The position numbers and the translations under genes are program-made. This document shows, piece by piece, positions 55,685-64,000 of a stretch of DNA of 64,000 nucleotides (position 1 is its first letter; every line of letters begins with the position of its first letter). The stretch comes from Octopus sinensis. Taxonomy: Eukaryota. The notes beneath the pieces were generated by a model, which saw nothing but the letters and a program-made list of their open reading frames with translations, did not search any database and had not been told where the DNA came from. The stretch spans positions 29,388,001 to 29,452,000 of the forward strand of contig NC_043012.1 of NCBI RefSeq assembly GCF_006345805.1. Direction: 5' to 3'.

Positions 55685-55834
55685 ACATACATATATATAT
55701 ATGTGTGTGTGTGTGTGTATGTGTATATATATATATATAATATATATATTTATATACATATATATGTATGTATATATTGGTATATATATGTATGTAAATA
55801 CTATATATATGTGTGTGGTGTATGTATATATATA

Positions 55835-55869
<35 letters not shown>

Positions 55870-56036
55870 ATTAATAATATATATATATTATATATATATA
55901 TATATATACATACATATATATATATATGTGTGTGTGTATGTGTGTAATATATATTATATATAATATTTTATATATATGTTTATATATATATTATATATAC
56001 ATATATATGTATGTATTATATATGTGTATATATATG

Positions 56037-56096
<60 letters not shown>

Positions 56097-56440
56097 TTCA
56101 TCTATGTATACACACAAACACATATATTTATATATAGACATACACACCCCCAAAAAGAAATTATAGTTATATATATATATATGCATGTGTTATGAGGCTG
56201 TATTATATGTATTTATATGCTTAAGGGGGTGTGTGTCTGCATATGTAAATATATGCGTATGTGTGTGTCACACATGCACACACGCACACACACACACACG
56301 CACACACACACGCACGCAAACACACACACACCTATGTATATATATATATATATATACATACATATATACACATACATACATACATATATACACATACATA
56401 CATAGATACATTCATACATACATACATACAAATGAATATA
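55540..56440. repeat. Long (TA)n/(CA)n/(TG)n low-complexity block
   Basis: Directly visible. Confidence 0.9.
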
Positions 56441-56484
56441 TATAATTTCTTTTTAATTAGGCTCTTGTCTGTCACTTATCTATC

Positions 56485-56942
56485 GGCTGGTCTGTAGTTA
56501 CGTCTCGTTATTTACTTCCTCGAGTGAAGCGCCGCCTAGGAACAACTGTATAACCACACCACGCCTTTCTGTCCTCTCTCTCTCCTCTCTCTCTTTGCTT
56601 TTCTCTCCGTCCCCTCCTCTCATTCCATTCAGTTACGCTACCATCAACCTTACTGCAATCACGGAATAACAACACCAACTGTGCCCAATAACGACAACAA
56701 GACAATATTTTATCTTTCCCTTTTCCTCCCACACTTTGTGCCATTCAACTCTTCTTCAAAACTAAAAAAGGCAAAAAATTCAAGTTTGCTCGGAACATTT
56801 TGGATTTTAGTACCAAAGAAGCGAAGTCGATTGACGAAAAAGCGCCACCACGGCAAAATCTTCATCAAGTTCGGATCACGGTGTCTCTGGCTTTCCGCCG
56901 CTAAGTAGACGCCTCGTCCCACGACGCGGATGGAGAAACAGC
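56485..56942 (+). promoter_or_regulatory. Candidate promoter/5' UTR of the downstream first exon
   Basis: Unique, relatively CpG-rich DNA between repeat blocks; ttacgtc and acttcc motifs near 56500-56520. Confidence 0.35.
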
Positions 56943-57004
56943 ATGACTCCCTTATGGCTGCTGCTGCTCGTATGCACCTTTCACACCGTGCATGCATCTT
57001 GGTG
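56943..57004 (+). CDS. First coding exon of a secreted protein, possibly Wnt family (MTPLWLLLLVCTFHTVHA-SW-W|intron)
   Basis: ATG, hydrophobic core and VHA cleavage-like motif, then SW with a GTACGT donor at 57005 splitting the second Trp codon (phase 2), as in exon 1 of WNT2/WNT3A-type genes. No exon 2 found in the window. Confidence 0.5.
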
Positions 57005-57229
57005 GTACGTACATTATTTGTTGCATAATTGTTTTTTATTCGTTTCACCATTATACCTGCCTACACACATACTTACCTACCTACATGTGTGTGTGTGTAA
57101 ACACACACACCCACACATAAACATTCACTCTCTCACACACACATACACACACACACATATATATATATGCACACACACATATATATACACACACAATCAA
57201 TATGTACATTCAGATATACATATATACTA

Positions 57230-57230
57230 C

Positions 57231-57315
<85 letters not shown>
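57230..57315. repeat. (ATCT)n
   Basis: Directly visible. Confidence 0.95.
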
Positions 57316-57382
57316 GTTTGCTAGCTAGCTGTGTGTGTGTGTGTATGTGTGAGCGCGCGCGGGTATGTGTGTGGAGATAGAC

Positions 57383-57482
57383 NNNNNNNNNNNNNNNNNN
57401 NNNNNNNNNNNNNNNNNNNNNNNNNNNNNNNNNNNNNNNNNNNNNNNNNNNNNNNNNNNNNNNNNNNNNNNNNNNNNNNNNN
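57383..57482. other. Assembly gap (100 N)
   Basis: Run of N. Confidence 1.
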
Positions 57483-57788
57483 AAATAGGAGAAAATTTAA
57501 AACATTTACCCTGTAATTTCTTGTACGATGCACCGTTTCGTCTGTTGTTTATGGTAAACTAACCTGATTAAATTAAATCAAGCCAATCTTCCATAGGCCC
57601 TCAGATTCTTCAGCAAGAATAGCCAAGTCGGAACAGATATTTTCACGAGGCATTTCCGACCCTGCCAAGGCGATATCTGACCTAAATTTTTCAATCGTCG
57701 CGCACTCGCGCCAATTTATCAGCAGCAAATAAATAACCGTCGATTCCATTACGGAATTAACCAGAAAATTCATAATTAATCAATATAG
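57483..57788 (-). repeat. Inverted partial unit of the ~495-bp array, containing a minus-strand hammerhead (57516-57620)
   Basis: Reverse complement of the array unit, with a few single-base indels. Confidence 0.9.
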
Positions 57789-58267
57789 AATCTGAGGGCC
57801 TATGGAAGATTGGCTTGATTTAATTTAATCAGGTTAGTTTACCATTAAACAACAGACGAAACGGTGCATCGTACAAGAAATTACAGGGTAAATGTTTTTT
57901 TAAATTTTCTCCTGTTTACGGAATTGATCTTTATTTGCGGTTGAAGCTTTGGCTGTTATTTCTAGTGGGTGAATGGCCTATTATGGCCGTTCCTTGATTG
58001 TTGATGTTGAACTGTAAAAATGGTCTACGACTATTTAATTTTTTCCCACTAGGCCGCTGGTGGCAAAAAGAATTCTACAAAATTTTTTTCACCACCCTAT
58101 ATTGATTAATTATGAATTTTCTGGTTAATTCCGTAATGGAATCGACGGCTTATATTTATTTGCTGCCGATAAATTTGGCGCGAGTGCGACGATTTGAAAA
58201 TTTTAGGTCAGATATCGCCTTGGCAGGGTCGGAAATGCCTCGTGAAAATATCTGTTCCGACTTGGCT

Positions 58268-58374
58268 ATTTCTTGCTGAAGAATCTGAGGGCCTATGGAA
58301 GATTGGCTTGATTTAATTTAATCAGGTTAGTTTACCATTAAACAACAGACGAAACGGTGCATCGTACAAGAAAT
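58268..58374 (+). ncRNA. Type I hammerhead ribozyme, best copy
   Basis: atttcttg-CUGAAGA-[68 nt, tctg/caga base]-GAAA-cgg tgca tcg-UA-caagaaat; perfect 8-bp stem I, GUA triplet at 58364-58366. Confidence 0.8.
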
Positions 58375-58757
58375 TACAGGGTAAATGTTTTTTTAAATTT
58401 TCTCCTGTTTACGGAATTGATCTTTATTTGCGGTTGAAGCTTTGGCTGTTATTTCTAGTGGGTGAATGGCCTATTATGGCCGTTCCTGATTGTTGATGTT
58501 GAACTTAAAAATGGTCTACGACTATTTAATTTTTTCCCACTAGGCCGCTGGTGGCAAAAAGAATTCTACAAAATTTTTTTCACCACCCTATATGATTAAT
58601 TATGAATTTTCTGGTTAATTCCGTAATGGAATCGACGGCTTATATTTATTTGCTGCCGATAAATTTGGCGCGAGTGCGACGATTTGAAAATTTTAGGTCA
58701 GATATCGCCGTGGCAGGGTCGGAAATGCCTCGTGAAAATATCTGTTCCGACTTGGCT

Positions 58758-58863
58758 ATTTCTTGCTGAAGAATCTGAGGGCCTATGGAAGATTGGCTTG
58801 ATTTAATTTAATCAGGTTAGTTTACCATTAACACAAGACGAAACGGTGCATCGTACAAGAAAT
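58758..58863 (+). ncRNA. Type I hammerhead ribozyme copy
   Basis: Same core; stem II 3' side is variant (caagac); GUA at 58853-58855. Confidence 0.7.
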
Positions 58864-59248
58864 TACAGGGTAAATGTTTTTTTAAATTTCCTCCTGTTTA
58901 CGGAATTGATCTTTATTTGCGGTTGAAGCTTTGGCTGTTATTTCTAGTGGGTGAATGGCCTATTATGGCCGTTCCTTGATTGTTGATATTGAACTTAAAA
59001 ATGGTCTACGACTATTTAATTTTTTCCCACTAGGCCGCTGGTGGCAAAAAGAATTCTACAAAATTTTTTTCACCACCCTATATTGATTAATTATGAATTT
59101 TCTGGTTAATTCTGTAATGGAATCGACGGCTTATATTTATTTGCTGCCGATAAATTTGGCGCGAGTGCGACGATTTGAAAATTTTAGGTCAGATATCGCC
59201 TTGGCAGGGTCGGAAATGCCTCGTGAAAATATCTGTTCCGACTTGGCT

Positions 59249-59354
59249 ATTTCTGCTGAAGAATCTGAGGGCCTATGGAAGATTGGCTTGATTTAATTTA
59301 ATCAGGTTAGTTTACCATTAAACAACAGACGAAACGGTGCATCGTACAAGAAAT
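59249..59354 (+). ncRNA. Type I hammerhead ribozyme copy
   Basis: Same core; one T missing in the stem I 5' strand; GUA at 59344-59346. Confidence 0.7.
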
Positions 59355-59749
59355 TACAGGGTAAATGTTTTTTTAAATTTTTTTAAATTTTCTCCTGTTT
59401 ACGGAATTGATCTTTATTTGCGGTTGAATCTTTGGCTGTTATTTCTAGTGGGTGAATGGCCTATTATGGCCGTTCCTTGATTGTTGATGTTGAACTTAAA
59501 AATGGTCTACGACTATTTAATTTTTTCCCACTAGGCCGCTGGTGGCAAAAAGAATTCTACAAAATTTTTTTCACCACCCTATATTGATTAATTATGAATT
59601 TTCTGGTTAATTCTGTAATGGAATCGACGGCTTATATTTATTTGCTGCCGATAAATTTGGCGCGAGTGCGACGATTTGAAAATTTTAGGTCAGATATCGC
59701 CTTGGCAGGGTCGGAAATGCCTCGTGAAAATATCTGTTCCGACTTGGCT

Positions 59750-59855
59750 ATTTCTTGCTGAAGAATCTGAGGGCCTATGGAAGATTGGCTTGATTTAATT
59801 TAATCAGGTTAGTTTACCATTAAACAACAGACGAAACGGTGCATCGTACAAGAAT
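59750..59855 (+). ncRNA. Type I hammerhead ribozyme copy
   Basis: Same core; one A missing in the stem I 3' strand; GUA at 59846-59848. Confidence 0.7.
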
Positions 59856-60092
59856 TACAGGGTAAATGTTTTTTTAAATTTTTTTAAATTTTCTCCTGTT
59901 TACGGAATTGATCTTTATTTGCGGTTGAAGCTTTGGCTGTTATTTCTAGTGGGTGAATGGCCTATTATGGCCGTTCCTTGATTGTTGATGTTGAACTTAA
60001 AAATGGTCTACGACTATTTAATTTTTTCCCACTAGGCCGCTGGTGGCAAAAAGAATTCTACAAAATTTTTTTCACCACCCTATATTGATTAA

Positions 60093-60151
<59 letters not shown>

Positions 60152-60186
60152 GTATGTGCGTGTGTGTGTGTGTACGTGTATGAGTA

Positions 60187-60299
60187 AGGCGTAGGCTTGG
60201 CTTTATGGTAAGAAGTTTGCTTCCCAAACACGACTTCCTGAATGGATTTGGTAAACAGAAACTGAAAGAAGCCCGTTGTATAAATACATACATGCATAC

Positions 60300-60342
<43 letters not shown>

Positions 60343-60515
60343 AGTGTGTCTTTGTGTTTGTCCCCCACCACTGCTTAACAACCGGGGCTGGTGTGTTTAC
60401 GTCTCCGTAACATACCGGTTCGGCAAAAGAGGCCGATAGAATAAGTACGAGGCTTAAAGAAATAAGTAGCGTGGTCGATTCGTTCAAGCATGGCCGAAGC
60501 AAGTAAAAGAATAAA
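60187..60515 (+). mobile_element. SINE family B
   Basis: ggtaagaagtttgcttcccaa head, gaaactgaaagaagccc, gttcggcaaaagaggccgatagaataagtac. Confidence 0.8.
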
Positions 60516-61049
60516 TGACACACACACACACACACAGACACACACGCACACACACACATACATATATATATAGAGAAAAAGAGAGTGGGAGAGAGAGAAA
60601 GAAAGATAGCTATACAAAGCTCGAGTGTGTTTTTCTCATAACTGGAAGCACCATTGAACACATAGGCAGATCCTTTTTCGGCCGGAGAATTAACAAGAAA
60701 GCACTTGGAAACAAACTGGATCTCTGAAACTGAGTGTCTTGGACATGTGAAGCAAATATCTTACTGAAATGGTTTTGAATCTAAATTTCTTCTGTTTGAG
60801 CGAAAACAAAATGGAATGCCAAGTACATCGTTTTAGTTTTAACATTTAGTCTTTTTTGGCGGGTGGGGGGATTTGTCCGGTCATGAATCTTGAAATGAAT
60901 AATTTATTTTAAATAAATTAAGTTTAGACTTAGAGGTCTATCCCTTGGATTGGTGGCAGCAAAAGGATCTAGCGAGGAAGGGATCTGGCAACGAAGTGAT
61001 CGAAAGTGATAAGGTACTAAAAGAGAGTGACTGTCCCCAGACACAACAA

Positions 61050-61272
<223 letters not shown>

Positions 61273-61299
61273 GGACAAGTGAAATGGGCTCCAAGTAAG

Positions 61300-64000
61300 T
61301 TGGTCATTTTGTACGTTCAAAAGTGTTTATTGTTAAATATTTTGTGTTTAAAAGTTGTGCAACAACATCCACTGCAAACCTTGACTAATATCTTCACAAA
61401 ATTTCGCCCTTTGTGGGCAAAATTTTAAAAAATTCTCGTAGGCCTCGTGTTGTATTTTAGCCATTTTTATTTTCAAAAATGGCTACTGGTCACCACGAGG
61501 CTGAGGCGCAACTGAAGCGTGACGCCAAAACAAAAAAGCAAGATTTCCTGTCACCACGCGCTGAACTTGACTGTTTGAACGCTACATACACCACCACCAC
61601 CACCACCACCATCAGCATCGACAACAGCAACAACTACAAAACAAAGGCCACAAAGCCAAGCACCGTCACCGCCACCAATGATTCCACCATCAACACCGAT
61701 ACCACCACCATGGCAGCTTCTGCTACCACAACTGCTACCTCTGCTAACAACAACAATAACAATACCAAGATCGCCGCCACCAAAGACCGTGCGGTCAATA
61801 CGAATGCCGCCACTACAATATCTGCTACTACGACTGCCTCCTTTGCTACTAACACCACCACCGCCACCAAGAACGACAATAACAACAACAACAACAATTC
61901 CCTTCAGCCATTGTTCCCTCTACCACCAAGTGAAGGAGAGAAAGAAATTGCCGAAACTTGCTCAAACGCAGGGGCAAATTATGCAGAAAATTTTCCACCC
62001 CTTGCTAATTGCATAATCAGCAACCATGCACCTAATATATCCACAACCACCACCTCCACCACCACCTCCAACATAAATGATAAAAATGAAAATAACGCAA
62101 ATACAATTAACAAAGACAACAACAACAACAAGAACAACAACAAAAATGAAATAAATATTTTACCATCAAATGGTGAAGATATTATCATAACAGATTCAAC
62201 AATACCTGGAAAAACCACGTGCAAGAATATTTCGGATACAACAACAACACAAACACACAAAGACAACAACTGCCAGAATGTAAAAGTAAATTTCGCTGAC
62301 ACTCTGCGTCAGAAAAAAGAAATTATACAGTTCACGAATGAAGAGTTGATAGAGACAAGATCACTCTTCACAACCCAAGGGCAAGATTTAGTATTGCATA
62401 CATCTCAACACATAAAGGAACAAATAGAAAACCAATTATATATAAAATTTTTAAAAAACCCAAATAACAAAATGAACAGATCACAAAAACGGACATAGAA
62501 AAGTGTGCAAAAAGCATAATGAAAGTAAAAGAATATATAAACTGGGGTCCCCAGTTTAATACAGTGGTGGTCCGCTTCCCTAACCAGGAAGTGGCAAAAG
62601 CTCACTCTACCGAGTCTTTGGAAAATGATGAAATCATCATGGTACCATACTACAAGGCCAGAGAGTGAGTAAAATTACTATTAAAAATGTAGCCCCCCCC
62701 CCCGAGATTCCTAACAAATGGATAACAGGGGCAATCTGTTACCATTTGAAAACTATAAATATTTTAAAGACTGCCGTATACCTAAACGATAATTTGGGGT
62801 GGAAAAACAATAGTAGTAACCATCCAGATTGAGGGGGCCTCTATCGAGAACCTACCTGATAGGATCCACTTAGAAAATGGGCAAAGCCTATATGTTGTAG
62901 CAGAAGGCAAAAAGCCTAGATGCTACAACTGTGGCAGCCCAGAACATTTAATTGCCAAGTGCGTTCTGGTACAGAGAAAACAAGAAAGAACAAATCAGAA
63001 AACAAACAAAAAACCTTTGTTGCCAACACCAACACCACACTCAATGATGGAACAATGCCAAGAAAAGACAACAAACCAGCAAACAAACCTCAACAACATC
63101 ACCAAGAAAAGAAACAGCACCAACACAATCAGCGTTGACGTCGCAACCAATTCAACATACTGAAACAACACCAAAAGATAGACCAACACAAGCACCAAGG
63201 ACGACAACAAAAAAACCCCCAAAAAACAGTGACGAGAAGACAAATTCTACCCCTAACACCCCAACAACACAAACACCGCACAAAACATCAACAATTTCTA
63301 CAAACATACATATTAACGCAAATGCTTTGCCTTTACCCCCTTCTGATTTGTCGGACGACGAAAGTTCGACAGAATGGCAAATAGCCACAGGGGGTAAAAG
63401 AAAAAGATAAAAAAACAAACAAACAAGAAAGCGCAACCAAAGCAGGGAGATACCTGAATCCTGAAAGCTCCACACACAACCAAACAAGCACCAACACCAC
63501 AAAAACACACACAATGCTATCAGCGATAGACACCAAAGACTCCAAACTAATGGAGTACATCACAGCCCACACAAACATCTGTGAAGATGACTTCAAAACT
63601 AACAACCATCCACGCACTACACCACCCAAACAATCAAAATACTACACATCACACAAACACAACACCACACAATCAAAGCCCTCTTTCCAAATGCGGTTGG
63701 GGGGTTCCAAAAATACCTGTCACAAAAACTCTATAAAAACCTCCAAGACACATCAAAGGACGAGGAAGCCAAAACTTTCGACACAAGTAAGTAACTCTCT
63801 GTACCTTCCTTTCTGTGTTTTAAAGCACATACCCCAATAAGATCATGGTCAAGATTGGTTGTGTGAATGCGCGTGGCTTGGGGTCTCCTTGGAAGAAAGG
63901 ATACCTCCTAAATGACATCAAGTCACACGATTTGGGAATCATAGCCATAAGTGAGACCAGACTCAACGAGCCACGGGCTCTAAAGTCCATGTTTGGCGGA
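61300..64000 (+). mobile_element. L1/Tx1-clade LINE 5' part: ORF1 (from 61479, frameshifted) and start of ORF2
   Basis: 339-aa open N/T-rich ORF1 start; perfect CX2CX4HX4C knuckle CYNCGSPEHLIAKC at 62921-62962; same architecture as the copy at 43443. Confidence 0.9.
63845..64000 (+). CDS. LINE ORF2 N-terminus (APE endonuclease), runs off the window
   Basis: MVKIGCVNARGLGSPWKKGYLLNDIKSHDLGIIAISETRL, with the NxRGL and xETxL APE motifs. Confidence 0.85.
   Translation, partial: MVKIGCVNARGLGSPWKKGYLLNDIKSHDLGIIAISETRLNEPRALKSMFGG

Larger units (their letters stand above)
57789..60092 (+). repeat. Tandem array, ~4.6 units of 489-502 bp (retrozyme-like)
   Basis: tacggaattgatc recurs at 57917, 58410, 58899, 59400 and 59901; units are nearly identical. 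Confidence 0.97.

Noticed and set aside
57483-60092. CRISPR array, rDNA spacer or protein-coding repeat (66-67 aa ORFs at 57573 and 59093)
   Set aside because: No repeat-spacer alternation and no rRNA similarity; the ORFs are broken by indels between near-identical units. No hammerhead was found on the unit's antisense strand.
60620-61040. Exon 2 of the Wnt-like gene
   Set aside because: The best AG|G candidate (~60934) hits a stop after 11 codons and lacks Wnt cysteines.

Overview
AT-rich, repeat-dense animal genomic DNA, very likely cephalopod (Octopus-like; inferred from recalled SINE families and the microsatellite load, not from a search). One 100-N gap lies at 57383-57482. Almost all listed ORFs are microsatellite artefacts or transposon relics. 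Recognisable elements are complete Tc1 and mariner copies, mariner/Tigger/hAT remnants, Helitrons, MITEs, Penelope-like elements (PLEs), many R4/Dong-type 3' fragments beside (AAT)n arrays, two L1/Tx1-type LINEs and many tRNA-derived SINEs. The only host-gene candidate is a signal-peptide first exon (56943-57004) with a Wnt-like 'SW-W' phase-2 junction. The main finding is a ~490-500 bp tandem array (57483-60092) carrying one type I hammerhead ribozyme per unit, i.e. a retrozyme-like element. It lies in sense orientation inside the putative intron 1 of that gene, provided the gap is joined correctly. Further PLE-associated hammerheads or relics occur at 15446, 16028, 29308 and 30840. Boundaries of degenerate repeats are approximate.
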